From an uncultured bacterium (GTDB lineage Bacteria; Bipolaricaulota; Bipolaricaulia; UBA7950; UBA9294): DNA of 64,000 nucleotides. Both the position numbers and the translations under genes were made by a program. The notes beneath the pieces were generated by a model. It saw only the letters and a program-made list of their open reading frames with translations, was not told the DNA's origin and ran no database searches. The stretch spans positions 39,467-103,466 of the forward strand of contig CBDUVB010000002.1 of assembly GCA_965370555.1 (NCBI GenBank), written 5' to 3'. Shown here piece by piece: positions 48,112 through 57,879 of this stretch. The first letter of the stretch is position 1; every line of letters starts with the position of its first letter.

Positions 48112-50061
48112 ATGGATGCAGTCAAGGTCACATTCTATCCTGATGGCAAGGTCGTCGAGGCAAAGCGGGGGACGACCTTGCTTGAGATCGCTAAGGATAC
48201 GGGGATTTTCATCGCCTCGATCTGCGGCGGGGACGGAATTTGCGGTAAGTGCCGCCTGATCATTAAGGATGGCGAGGTCAAGGCAAGTCCCACGACCCAT
48301 CTTAGTCGTGAGGAGATTCAAGCCGGCTACGTCCTCGCCTGCCAAACCAGGGTGTTTGGGGACGTTGAAGTACTCATCCCTCCCGAGTCGCGGGCTGAGG
48401 GGGCCCAAATTCTCGTCGATGCGGACGCCCAGCGCTTCCGTGCCCTCTACCCTGGCACGGCCGAGCCGGCCTTCTTTCGCCCCGATCCCCTCACTCAGAA
48501 GCTCTATCTCGAACTCCCTCCCCCAAGCCTGCAGGATAACCTCGGTTGCCAAGAGCGCCTGTTTCGGGAGATCCGCCGACATGTGGATGCGCCGGTCATG
48601 CAGATGGGGCTCAAGGTGCTTAGAACCCTCCCTGACCTTCACCGTGACAGGGCCTGGAAGGTCACCGTCACCCTGGGCCGGCGGGGCGGGACAGTCGAGG
48701 TGATCCAGGTAGAACCGGGGGACCACGCTTCCCAAAACTATGGTGTGGCAGTCGATGTAGGAACCTCGACCGTCGTGGTCCACCTCGTCAATCTTGTCAC
48801 GTCGGAGACGATCGATGCGGAGGCCTGCTACAACTCCCAGATCCCTTTCGGGGAGGAGGTAACGCGGCGGATCATCCACGCCGAGCGGGAGGGATCAAAA
48901 GTCCTCCGCGAAGCTGTTGTCAGTGACATTAACAACCTGATCTCCACGCTTATATCCAGAAATCCGGTCGAATTGAACGAGGTCACCACGCTGGTTGCCG
49001 CTGGTAACACGACGATGCTCCACTTTTTGCTGGGACTGGATCCGTCCCTGATCCGCAAGAGTCCCTACATCCCGGCTGCCACGGTTCCACCACCGGTCCG
49101 CGCTGCCGAGGTGGGAATCAAGATCAACCCCCGTGGGCTCCTCTACGCCATGCCCTCAATCGGCAGTTGGGTCGGGGGCGACATCACCGCCGGTATCCTG
49201 GCGAGTGGCCTCTATCAGACCGATCGGCTGACGATGCTGATCGACATCGGAACCAATGGAGAGATCGTCCTTGGAAACCGGGAGTGGATGCTCTCCTGTG
49301 CCACTTCGGCCGGCCCGGCGTTCGAGGGAAGTGGGGTACGGTGCGGGATGAAGGCAACAAGCGGGGCAATCGAGCGGGTGGAGACCTTAGCCGATGAAGA
49401 GATCTCGTACCGGACCATTGGGGATGTCAAGCCCAAGGGACTGTGCGGCTCGGGGCTGATCGATGGGATCGCCTCGCTCTTCCAAGCAGGGATTATCGAT
49501 CGATCGGGGAATCTACTCCCCTCCCGCTCGGCCTACGTGCGCGAGCGAGAGGGCCAACTGGAGTTCGTTCTCGTTCCAGGGGAGCGGACAGAGACTGGGA
49601 GGGACATTGTGGTCACCCAGCCCGATATCGAGAACGTCTTGCGTGCCAAGGCGGCGATCTATGCCGGAGCAAAGATCCTTCTGGAATCGACACACCACGG
49701 GTTTGAGGATATTGAACAACTCTTCATCGCTGGCGGGTTTGGCAACTACCTCGATCGAGGAAAGGCAATCCTCCTCGGGCTGGTCCCCGACATTCCCTTA
49801 GAGCGGATCCGATTTGTGGGGAACACCTCACTCATCGGGGCAAAGATGGCCCTACTTTCGAGCGAGGCGTACGAGCAGTGTTTCGAGATTGCCAAGAGCA
49901 CTACGTACTATGATCTCATCACCTACCCTAACTACTATGATGAGTTCATGTCGGCGAAATTCTTGCCACACACCGATCTTGACCTTTTCCCAACAGTTGC
50001 TCGCTGGCTAAACAAAGACCGGATCGTTACTGAAGAACTGCCGTTGAAGGAGAGGGACTAG
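48112..50061 (+). CDS. Corrinoid activation/regeneration protein RACo-like (N-terminal 2Fe-2S ferredoxin + ASKHA ATPase)
   Basis: 649 aa; plant-type ferredoxin CGGDGICGKC...C at N-terminus, large ASKHA-fold C-terminal part; position between acsC and acsD as in other acs operons. Confidence 0.7.
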   Translation: MDAVKVTFYPDGKVVEAKRGTTLLEIAKDTGIFIASICGGDGICGKCRLIIKDGEVKASPTTHLSREEIQAGYVLACQTRVFGDVEVLIPPESRAEGAQILVDADAQRFRALYPGTAEPAFFRPDPLTQKLYLELPPPSLQDNLGCQERLFREIRRHVDAPVMQMGLKVLRTLPDLHRDRAWKVTVTLGRRGGTVEVIQVEPGDHASQNYGVAVDVGTSTVVVHLVNLVTSETIDAEACYNSQIPFGEEVTRRIIHAEREGSKVLREAVVSDINNLISTLISRNPVELNEVTTLVAAGNTTMLHFLLGLDPSLIRKSPYIPAATVPPPVRAAEVGIKINPRGLLYAMPSIGSWVGGDITAGILASGLYQTDRLTMLIDIGTNGEIVLGNREWMLSCATSAGPAFEGSGVRCGMKATSGAIERVETLADEEISYRTIGDVKPKGLCGSGLIDGIASLFQAGIIDRSGNLLPSRSAYVREREGQLEFVLVPGERTETGRDIVVTQPDIENVLRAKAAIYAGAKILLESTHHGFEDIEQLFIAGGFGNYLDRGKAILLGLVPDIPLERIRFVGNTSLIGAKMALLSSEAYEQCFEIAKSTTYYDLITYPNYYDEFMSAKFLPHTDLDLFPTVARWLNKDRIVTEELPLKERD

Positions 50062-50832
50062 ATGCCGTTTACGATCGCAGTGGCAGGAAAAGGGGGAACG
50101 GGTAAGACAACCGTCTCCGGGCTCCTCATCCAATACCTGCTTCAGAAAGGTCAGAGGCCGATCCTCGCGGTCGACGCCGATCCCAACGCAAACCTTGGCA
50201 ACCTGCTGGGGCTAGAGGTTGAAATGACCGTGGGTGGCCTGCAAGCCGGGACGCTCAACCAGATCCACGATCTCCCCGCCGGGGTTCCCCTGAACCGCTA
50301 TATGGAATATGAGCTGCACCAAGCCCTGGTGGAGGGAGTGGGCGTCGATCTCTTGGTGATGGGCCGTGGGGAGGGGGACGGCTGCTACTGCGTGGTCAAC
50401 CATATCTTGCGGCATTACCTTGACAAGATCCAAGAAAACTATCGCTATGTGGTCCTGGACAACGAGGCGGGGATGGAGCACCTCTCTAGACACCTCACCC
50501 AGGGGGTCGATTTGCTTCTTATCGTAAGTGATGCAAACCCAGTGGCGGTCCGCTCTGCAGCCCGAATCAATGCCCTGGCAAGCGAGTTGAATTTGAGGAT
50601 AAAAGAACGCTACTTGGTGCTGAACAATCTACGCGGCGAGGTCCCCGAGCGGGTGCAAGAGGAGATCAACCACTCGGAGTTAGAGGTATTGGGGGAGATT
50701 CCCCATGATGAGGCTCTAGCGCGGCTCAATCTGGAAGCACGGCCTCTTTGTGACTTGCTGCCAGTGGCTAGGGCATTATCGGCAATGGAGTCGATGCTCG
50801 GAAAGGCGTTGCGGAAGGAGGAGAAAGTTTGA
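50062..50832 (+). CDS. cooC: CooC-type nickel-insertion ATPase, copy 2
   Basis: AVAGKGGTGKTT deviant Walker A; GDGCYC metal motif. Confidence 0.85.
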   Translation: MPFTIAVAGKGGTGKTTVSGLLIQYLLQKGQRPILAVDADPNANLGNLLGLEVEMTVGGLQAGTLNQIHDLPAGVPLNRYMEYELHQALVEGVGVDLLVMGRGEGDGCYCVVNHILRHYLDKIQENYRYVVLDNEAGMEHLSRHLTQGVDLLLIVSDANPVAVRSAARINALASELNLRIKERYLVLNNLRGEVPERVQEEINHSELEVLGEIPHDEALARLNLEARPLCDLLPVARALSAMESMLGKALRKEEKV

Positions 50833-51806
50833 CAATGGAAATCCCTGATGTGAAGAAAAGTTGGACGAATCCCATCCATGCAGTCACGATCGGAGCCACC
50901 GCTAAAGAGGGTGGCACACGGACTTCCACCGTTACGGTGGGAGGTGAAACCACACTCCCGTTCCACCACTTCGAAGGGGAGATGCCGAACGCTCCGGTTA
51001 TCGGCATGGAAGTGTGGGACATCCCTGCAGAGGGCTGGCCTGACCCGATTAAAGAACCATTTGCGGACGTAATGGCGGATCCCGGCGCGTGGGCAAAGAA
51101 ATGTGTGGATGAGTACGGCGCTCAACTCATCTGTCTGCGTCTTAAAGGATGCGACCCAAACGGAAAAAATAAGTCCCCCGCAGAGGCGACCGAGGCTGCC
51201 AAACGCGTTCTCGAATCGGTCGGGGTTCCCCTCATCCTCTGGGGCTGCGGCAATACAGATAAGGACGCCGAAGTCTTTCCAGCGGTGGCCGAGGTGGCCT
51301 CCCAAGAGAACTGCCTCCTTGGAACGATTACCGAGGGTAACTACAAGACCTTGACCGCCGTTAGCACGGCGTACAACCACAAGCTGATTGCCGAATCACC
51401 GGTGGACATAAATTTGGCCAAGCAGGTCAACATCCTCGCGATGGATGTCGGGTTCCCCCCGGAGAATATCCTGATCTATCCCAGCACTGGCGCACTCGGT
51501 TACGGGATCGAGTACGTCTACTCGATCATGGAGCGGCTCCGAATCGCGGGCCTTAAAGGGGACAAGGTCGTTGCCATGCCGATTCTGTGTGATATCGGGA
51601 TCGAGGTGTGGGGGGTGAAAGAGGCCAAGGCTCCTGAAACTGAAGTCCCTGAATGGGGGGAGGAAAAGCGTCGCGGCCCGCTGTGGGAGGCTGCCACGGC
51701 CTATGTCTATCTCCTTGCTGGAGCCGATATTTTGATCATGCGCCACCCGGAGGCAGTGCGAATGACGAAAGAAACAATCAAACGCTTGATGGGAGGTGGG
51801 GCATGA
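50829..51806 (+). CDS. acsD: Corrinoid iron-sulfur protein small subunit (AcsD)
   Basis: 325 aa; typical AcsD TIM-barrel sequence; 4-bp overlaps with flanking genes. Confidence 0.85.
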   Translation: MTMEIPDVKKSWTNPIHAVTIGATAKEGGTRTSTVTVGGETTLPFHHFEGEMPNAPVIGMEVWDIPAEGWPDPIKEPFADVMADPGAWAKKCVDEYGAQLICLRLKGCDPNGKNKSPAEATEAAKRVLESVGVPLILWGCGNTDKDAEVFPAVAEVASQENCLLGTITEGNYKTLTAVSTAYNHKLIAESPVDINLAKQVNILAMDVGFPPENILIYPSTGALGYGIEYVYSIMERLRIAGLKGDKVVAMPILCDIGIEVWGVKEAKAPETEVPEWGEEKRRGPLWEAATAYVYLLAGADILIMRHPEAVRMTKETIKRLMGGGA

Positions 51807-52600
51807 TCCTAATTGGGGAGCGGATCAACGCCGGGTTTAAGGATATCGCCCGCGCGATCCGAGAAAAGGACCCAGCCCCGGTGAGAAGCTGGGCCGAGAA
51901 GCAGGCGCAGCGCGGGGCCGACTACCTTGACGTCAATATCGGCGCCGCGTCCAGAGATCCCGAGGACATGGCCTGGCTGGTGAAGACGGTTCAAGAGACC
52001 GTGCCCACCAAGATCTCTGTGGATTCTACAAACCTTGAGATCGTCGAAGCCGGTCTGGAGGCAGTGGACGGCCGCGGAGCAATGATCAACTCCACCACTG
52101 CCGATCCCGGAAAGCTCGAACGACTGGTCCCATTAGCGGTGAAGTACAATGTGAGCCTGCTCGGAGTGGCGATGGACAAACGGGGGAGCCCACCGGACGT
52201 CGAGCGGAGGGTGGAGAACGGTGCGATGATCTTCGCGGCTGCCGTGGAAGGCGGCCTTGAGCCGGATCAGATTATCCTCGACCCCATTCTCATGCCGCTT
52301 AAGTTCATGCAGGAGCAGGCGAAGAACGTGCTGGAGGCGATCGGTCAATACACGATCCTCTCCGATCCGCCACCGCACATCTCGGTTGGGCTCTCTAATA
52401 TAGCCTCCAAGGCCGCCGAGCGGGGACTGATCCTTCGCACCTTTCTCGTGATGGCCATAGGACAAGGGCTCGATGCGGCGATCTGTAACGTCATGGATGA
52501 TGAGCTCATCGCGGCGATTGTAACGGCAGAGCTGATCCTAAACAAAGAGATCTATAGCGATTCCTACGTGCGAGCCTTTCAGGCACGGCGTGGGCTTTAG
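51803..52600 (+). CDS. acsE: Methyltetrahydrofolate:corrinoid iron-sulfur protein methyltransferase (AcsE)
   Basis: 265 aa from ATG 51803 (MILIGERINAG...pterin-binding barrel); ORF-track start 51653 lies inside acsD and is rejected. Confidence 0.85.
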   Translation: MILIGERINAGFKDIARAIREKDPAPVRSWAEKQAQRGADYLDVNIGAASRDPEDMAWLVKTVQETVPTKISVDSTNLEIVEAGLEAVDGRGAMINSTTADPGKLERLVPLAVKYNVSLLGVAMDKRGSPPDVERRVENGAMIFAAAVEGGLEPDQIILDPILMPLKFMQEQAKNVLEAIGQYTILSDPPPHISVGLSNIASKAAERGLILRTFLVMAIGQGLDAAICNVMDDELIAAIVTAELILNKEIYSDSYVRAFQARRGL

Positions 52601-52612
52601 AAGGAGGACAAG

Positions 52613-54511
52613 GTGACGCAGGAAAGGCCAAGAAGCATCGACAAAGCCTCTCAGCAGATGCTGAAAGTCGCTAAAGAAAACCAGTATACCACCGCCTGGG
52701 ATCGCTTTGAGGCAATGCAGCCCCAGTGCAAGTTCGGAAGCGAAGGGGTCTGTTGTCGGATCTGCAGCATGGGACCCTGCCGGATCATCCCGGGCAGAAC
52801 AGATCATGGGATCTGTGGAGCTAACGTGGACACGATCGCCGCACGGAACCTCATTCGGATGATCGCAGCCGGAGCTGCAGCTCACTCTGACCACGGACGA
52901 GATGTAGCTCATGCGCTCCTGTTGGCGGCCCAGGATGAGTCAAGCGATTACGAGATTAAGGATCCGGTTAAGCTCCGTGAGGTGGCGAACGTCTACGGGA
53001 TTGGTCTCGATGGTGCCAGCGATCGAGAGATTGCCGTAGCCCTGGCCGAGCGAGCCCTAGCCAACTTCGGCCAGCAGGAGGGGGAGCTGGAGCTGGCACA
53101 CCGCGCGCCCAAAAGAAGGGTCGAGCGCTGGCAGGAATTGGGGATTATGCCTCGTGGTATCGACCGCGAGATCGTCGAGATCATGCACCGCACTCACATG
53201 GGCGTCGATACCGATTATCGGAACATCATGCAGCAGGGGTTACGCTGTGCCCTCTCCGACGGCTGGGGTGGGTCGATGATCGCCACCGAGCTCCAAGATG
53301 TCCTCTTTGGGACTCCCGCGCCCATAAGGGCCACCTGTAACCTGGGTACCCTGGAGAAGGATCAGGTGAACATCGTTGTCCATGGCCATGAACCGGTTCT
53401 CTCTGAGATGATCGTGGTGGCGGCTCAGGACCCTGAACTCCTGCAGCTCGCCGACAAGGTAGGTGCCAAGGGGATCAACATTGCCGGGATGTGTTGCACG
53501 GCTAATGAGATCCTGATGCGCCATGGGATCCCTGTCGCCGGAAACTTCCTTCAGCAGGAGCTGGCGATGATGACAGGAGCGGTCGATCTGATGATGGTCG
53601 ATGTGCAATGCATTATGCCTGCGCTATCCGACCTCTCCCAGCGGTTCCATACCAAGCTCGTCAGCACCTCACCCAAGGCAAAGTTCCCCGGGGTGGAGCA
53701 CGTTGAGTTCTCCGAGGAACACGCTTTGGATATCGCTAAACAGCTCCTCCGCATGGGGGTAGAGAATTTTGCAAATCGCGACAAGGCACCGTTCATCCCC
53801 CAGGAGACGATGGATCTAATCGGTGGTTTTACTGCAGAGTCGGTGTTCAACTTTCTCGGCGGGACCTATCGGGCTACATATCGACCCTTAAACGATGCGA
53901 TCATCGATGGCCGACTACGCGGTGCCGCGGGGATTGTTGGCTGCAACAACCCCAAGATCACCCATGACTTCGGCCACGTGGAGATGGCAAAAGAATTGAT
54001 AAAAAACGATGTCCTGGTAGTGGCTGGCGGCTGCTCGGCGATCGCCGATGCCAAGGCTGGTTTGATGAAGCCGGAGGTGGCGTTTGAGCTTGCCGGTAAG
54101 GGCTTACAGGAGATCTGCGAGGCCGTGGGTATTCCGCCGGTCTTGCACCTAGGCTCCTGCGTCGATAACTCGAGAATCTTGATGACTCTTGCCCACGTGG
54201 TCAACGAGGGAGGTCTTGGCGAGGACATCTCCGATCTTCCGGTCGCCGGGGCAGCTCCGGAGTGGATGAGTGAAAAGGCCGTTTCGATTGGGTTCTACTT
54301 CGTCGCTTCAGGGGTGTTCACCACCCTCGGGATGCCACTCCCAGTTCTCGGGTCTGAAAATCTCACCAGACTTGTGACCGAAGAATTGGAGGGAACCGTC
54401 GGCGGAAAGTTCGCCTTCGAACCCGACCCGGTAAAGGCCGCCCATCTGATGATCGACCACATCGACAAGAAACGAGCCGCACTCAAACTTAAGGATGTGA
54501 TGTATGCGTGA
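52613..54511 (+). CDS. cooS: Ni-dependent carbon monoxide dehydrogenase catalytic subunit (CooS/AcsA)
   Basis: 632 aa; B/D-cluster motif CCRICSMGPCRI and C-cluster ligands. Confidence 0.9.
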   Translation: MTQERPRSIDKASQQMLKVAKENQYTTAWDRFEAMQPQCKFGSEGVCCRICSMGPCRIIPGRTDHGICGANVDTIAARNLIRMIAAGAAAHSDHGRDVAHALLLAAQDESSDYEIKDPVKLREVANVYGIGLDGASDREIAVALAERALANFGQQEGELELAHRAPKRRVERWQELGIMPRGIDREIVEIMHRTHMGVDTDYRNIMQQGLRCALSDGWGGSMIATELQDVLFGTPAPIRATCNLGTLEKDQVNIVVHGHEPVLSEMIVVAAQDPELLQLADKVGAKGINIAGMCCTANEILMRHGIPVAGNFLQQELAMMTGAVDLMMVDVQCIMPALSDLSQRFHTKLVSTSPKAKFPGVEHVEFSEEHALDIAKQLLRMGVENFANRDKAPFIPQETMDLIGGFTAESVFNFLGGTYRATYRPLNDAIIDGRLRGAAGIVGCNNPKITHDFGHVEMAKELIKNDVLVVAGGCSAIADAKAGLMKPEVAFELAGKGLQEICEAVGIPPVLHLGSCVDNSRILMTLAHVVNEGGLGEDISDLPVAGAAPEWMSEKAVSIGFYFVASGVFTTLGMPLPVLGSENLTRLVTEELEGTVGGKFAFEPDPVKAAHLMIDHIDKKRAALKLKDVMYA

Positions 54512-54514
54512 GCC

Positions 54515-54733
54515 ATGGCAAGTATGAGTGGGATGCCGACGAGGGAGGAGCTAGAGCAGGAGATCGTGGCCTTGGAGGAGGAGTTGCGAGAGCGGAAGGC
54601 GGCCCTTCCCATTCATTCCGTCCCCCCCCCGCACTTTGAGGCGATCGAGGAGTTGGAGGAGCGGATCGGGGCAAAAAGGGAGGTGTTGAAGAATCTGAAA
54701 GATCATGGGAACGACGATATTAAGTTTGGATGA
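54515..54733 (+). CDS. Hypothetical small acidic coiled-coil protein (72 aa) containing a C9 homopolymer
   Basis: ORF tightly following cooS; contains ccccccccc at 54620-54628 encoding VPPP. Confidence 0.3.
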   Translation: MASMSGMPTREELEQEIVALEEELRERKAALPIHSVPPPHFEAIEELEERIGAKREVLKNLKDHGNDDIKFG

Positions 54734-54899
54734 TAAGGAGAGAATGGACCTGGAGACTATCATTGTGGATAGGGATCGGGATGAGGCACTCAGGTTCATC
54801 CTGAAGGTGCTCGAGCCGAAGCTCCGGGCAAAGGGGAAGGGTGCCCCAGATACGAAAAAAGGGATGGGTATCTCCGGCTAAGAGGAGGCCTGGTTTATG

Positions 54900-55088
54900 A
54901 TGTGTCTGGCAAGCGTTCAGAAGGGGAAGGGGACTGAGAAGGAGAACCTCCTAGAGGAGGTAGCGCTTATAAGGTTCGAGGGGAAGAAGTTGCTTCTGAG
55001 AACCCTTTTCGGCGAGGAAAGGGCCATCAAGGCCAAGATCAAGGAGATCGACTTCATGAACTCCACGGTCCTCATCGAGGAGGATTAG
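54900..55088 (+). CDS. cooT: CooT-family small nickel-binding protein
   Basis: About 62 aa starting MCLASV...; N-terminal Met-Cys, size and beta-rich pattern (IRFEGKKLLLRTLFGEE) consistent with the CooT family found in CODH clusters. Confidence 0.5.
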   Translation: MCLASVQKGKGTEKENLLEEVALIRFEGKKLLLRTLFGEERAIKAKIKEIDFMNSTVLIEED

Positions 55089-55820
55089 ATGAAGGTCATC
55101 GTCGCGGGAAAGGGCGGCTGTGGGAAGAGCACTGTCTCTACCCTCCTGGCTAAGGCATTGGCTAAGAGAGGAAGCAGGGTACTGGTGATCGACACCGATG
55201 AGTCCAATTTCGGGCTTCATACGCATTTAGGGCTAAAGCGGCCCGAGGATTTCATGAACTACTTCGGTGGCAAGAAAGTCCTATTTGAGAAAGTCAAGTC
55301 CATTCAGAAAAGATGGGAAATAGATGAACTCCCCGCAGAGTATCTAACAGAGAAGGGAAACATAAAACTTCTCGCAATGGGAAAGATCTACGATTTCGGC
55401 GAAGGGTGCGCCTGCCCGATCAACGCCCTCTCCTCCAGGTTCCTGGAGATCCTGGAGCTAAAAGATGACGAGTTCCTAATTGCGGATACCGATGCGGGGA
55501 TCGAGCACCTCGGCCGAGGCGTGGAGAAGGGTTGCGATCTCATCTTGGTGGTTGTGGAGCCCTCACAGGAGTCGATCGGGCTCGCCAACAGGATCGCCGC
55601 GATGGCCAAGAGCATCGACAAACCGATCTACTACATCCTAAATAAAACCGATAGTAATACGGAAGCCCTCCTCCTTGAAGCCCTGGATGGGAGCAGAGTT
55701 ATCGCGGCTGTCCCCCAGGATGAGCGGATCTTCCGCTACGGCTTAGAGGGAAGAGAGCTTGACCTTAACGTTGAAGGGATCGAAGAGCTGGTGGACTTCC
55801 TCTGCGGGCTTAAAGATTAG
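55089..55820 (+). CDS. cooC: CooC-type nickel-insertion ATPase, copy 3 (more divergent)
   Basis: IVAGKGGCGKST deviant Walker A; GEGCACP metal motif. Confidence 0.8.
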   Translation: MKVIVAGKGGCGKSTVSTLLAKALAKRGSRVLVIDTDESNFGLHTHLGLKRPEDFMNYFGGKKVLFEKVKSIQKRWEIDELPAEYLTEKGNIKLLAMGKIYDFGEGCACPINALSSRFLEILELKDDEFLIADTDAGIEHLGRGVEKGCDLILVVVEPSQESIGLANRIAAMAKSIDKPIYYILNKTDSNTEALLLEALDGSRVIAAVPQDERIFRYGLEGRELDLNVEGIEELVDFLCGLKD

Positions 55821-56026
55821 GCCGAACCTCTTTTTGATTTGGAGTACAAGGTGGAGGGCTAAGCCTGTGTGTTTCAATGCCTGATCGCTTCACAGTGCTG
55901 CAAACAGAAGCAACCCGCAAACTTGTGAAGAATCGATTACCCTCGCCAGAAGTGTTCTGCTGGTGCTAGTGTATTGTTTCGAGTAAGGCTTGACAAATCA
56001 AGTAATAGGCGATAATATTTCACATT

Positions 56027-56170
56027 GTGAATCATCCAGCAAAAGCATTGCCTCTTACAGTTAAAGACCGTCGGGCATTGGAGACGTGGGTTCGAGCTCG
56101 TTCCACTCCGCAACAAGTGGTCAAACGGGCGCGAATCATCCTGCTTGCGGCAGAAGGGATACTTCACCAA
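56027..56170 (+). pseudogene. IS630/Tc1-mariner-family transposase N-terminal remnant
   Basis: LTVKDRRALETWVRARSTPQQVVKRARIILLAAEG matches the HTH N-terminus of IS630 transposases; reading frame degenerates immediately after; no DDE domain present. Confidence 0.45.
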
Positions 56171-56425
56171 CACCCATATCACCTAAGCTGTGGTGCTAGT
56201 TGCCCGACCGCAGGGCACAGGGTCAGATACTGTATCGGTTCTTAAGTCTCCTGATTCACAGGTGAGTGGCACGGTTCAAAACTCGTCAAACAGGTCGTCC
56301 TGAAGGGACTTGAACTGCCTCTCAAGCGCTCAGTAGTGTCACATAATGAGGCGGTCTTTCTTTAATAGTAGCATTATGCTAACTTTAGGTTACCCACTTA
56401 AAACAGCGGGGAGCCTAGAAAAAGG

Positions 56426-57850
56426 TCAGAAACCTCGCAACTTCTTTACCAAATTATCGGGAATCGTTGGCTTCGCATCGCCAGAGAGGATCTTTTCCAC
56501 TCGTTCTTCCAGCTTATCCAGCAGAGACGTAAAAGGTGCCTTCGGTTGAATCGTTCCTCGCTCGATGTACGAGGGAGGTAGGTACAGGGATTCCTTGAAC
56601 TTTTTCGCGGTGTGTGGGTGCTTTAAGTAAATCGTAGGGCCTTTCCCCTTAATACTCGCGCGGGCCACATCATCGATCACCGAGAGAGCAAGGTTCTCCT
56701 CGGTCAGTTGCAGCGGCCTCCACATGTAGCGAGCACGGGCGATCATCTCATCGTTTAGTACCAAGAAACGTGCGTCATACAGGGACCCGTAGGCGAGGAA
56801 GCCAACATCATGCACCACGGTCGCTCTTGACTGTAGTGTTAAGAGGATCGATTGAAATGCTTCCTCGCCAGCCTGAGCATCGACCTGCTGAGCATCGGTA
56901 CATCCTGCCCCTCCCCACGAAGGCAGATTATAGAATCGACCCATATCGGCATAGGCAGCGGTTGAGGTAGCACACTCCGGCGATCCGTAGCAGACGATGG
57001 ACGTGCGCATATCGGTCGCCCAGGAGTTCGATCCAAATATGAAGCCAGCCTTGGGGAATTTCAGTTGTAGTATGACCAGCGCAGCCAGTGACTCCGCCGC
57101 CCCTTGCACGAGAGCCCCCTCCATTGTCACCGGACCTCCACCGCCAAGGTTAGAGCTGGCTACCCCCATAGTAGGAATACCCTTCTCACCACAGAACCAC
57201 AGGCGCTCGACAACATGATCTTCGTATTTGAATGGAGACTCGGGCTGGACGTAAGTGATAAAGAATGGTCTTTCCCTGAACGCATCCGCGCTTCCCGCGA
57301 CCAGTTTCGCCATCTCGTAAGGGATCTCAAGATCGGCTAAACAGGTCGAGGTCGCGACGATCGGTTTCGTCGAGTGGATCAGCATCTCACGGAAGACCGC
57401 GGGGTATATCTTCGTTTCTTCGACATCCTCCGGCAACCCCATCGACATCACAAAATCGAATCCGGGTAGTGTTTCAAGTACCCGAACGTTGTCGATGACA
57501 TCCTGTAAACGGGCTCGCCGTACCTGTTCTGTCTCGCGATCCATAACGTAGAGTGAATCGGAACCAGCCCCAAAGTAGACTCGATTAATCCCTAAGGGGA
57601 ATTCCTTATCTTGTGTCTGGTTGTACCACGGCACGCTTGATGGGGCCCTAGCGATTGCGTCTTCTACCATTGCTTCTGGAAGGAGTATCCTTCCGTCTTT
57701 ATCCTCTTTCGCCCCGGCCGCTTTAATAAGCTTGCGTGCTTCGGCATGAGGAAGGTGAATCCCCGTCTCCGATAACACCCTGAGCACGGCCTTGTGCATC
57801 TGCTCTACCTGGTCTTTCACTAAAAAAGCAATAGGTGAGAATTCTTTCAT
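56426..57850 (-). CDS. MttB-superfamily (trimethylamine/glycine-betaine-type) corrinoid methyltransferase, non-pyrrolysine
   Basis: 474 aa; full-length uninterrupted ORF (no in-frame amber), TIM-barrel MttB-like sequence. Confidence 0.7.
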   Translation of the reverse strand: MKEFSPIAFLVKDQVEQMHKAVLRVLSETGIHLPHAEARKLIKAAGAKEDKDGRILLPEAMVEDAIARAPSSVPWYNQTQDKEFPLGINRVYFGAGSDSLYVMDRETEQVRRARLQDVIDNVRVLETLPGFDFVMSMGLPEDVEETKIYPAVFREMLIHSTKPIVATSTCLADLEIPYEMAKLVAGSADAFRERPFFITYVQPESPFKYEDHVVERLWFCGEKGIPTMGVASSNLGGGGPVTMEGALVQGAAESLAALVILQLKFPKAGFIFGSNSWATDMRTSIVCYGSPECATSTAAYADMGRFYNLPSWGGAGCTDAQQVDAQAGEEAFQSILLTLQSRATVVHDVGFLAYGSLYDARFLVLNDEMIARARYMWRPLQLTEENLALSVIDDVARASIKGKGPTIYLKHPHTAKKFKESLYLPPSYIERGTIQPKAPFTSLLDKLEERVEKILSGDAKPTIPDNLVKKLRGF

Positions 57851-57879
57851 CGATACTCCCTTTTCTGCTTACGGTGCCA

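Noticed and set aside
51653-51802. ORF-track start of acsE at 51653 (315 aa)
   Set aside because: The first 50 codons overlap acsD in another frame; the conserved MeTr N-terminus begins at MILIGERIN (ATG 51803) with ATGA stop-start coupling to acsD.
54753-54890. 45-codon ORF (MDLETIIVDRDRDEALRFILKVLEPKLRAKGKGAPD...) between the 72-aa ORF and cooT
   Set aside because: Below size cutoff, weak RBS, no recognisable motif; could be real but unsupported.
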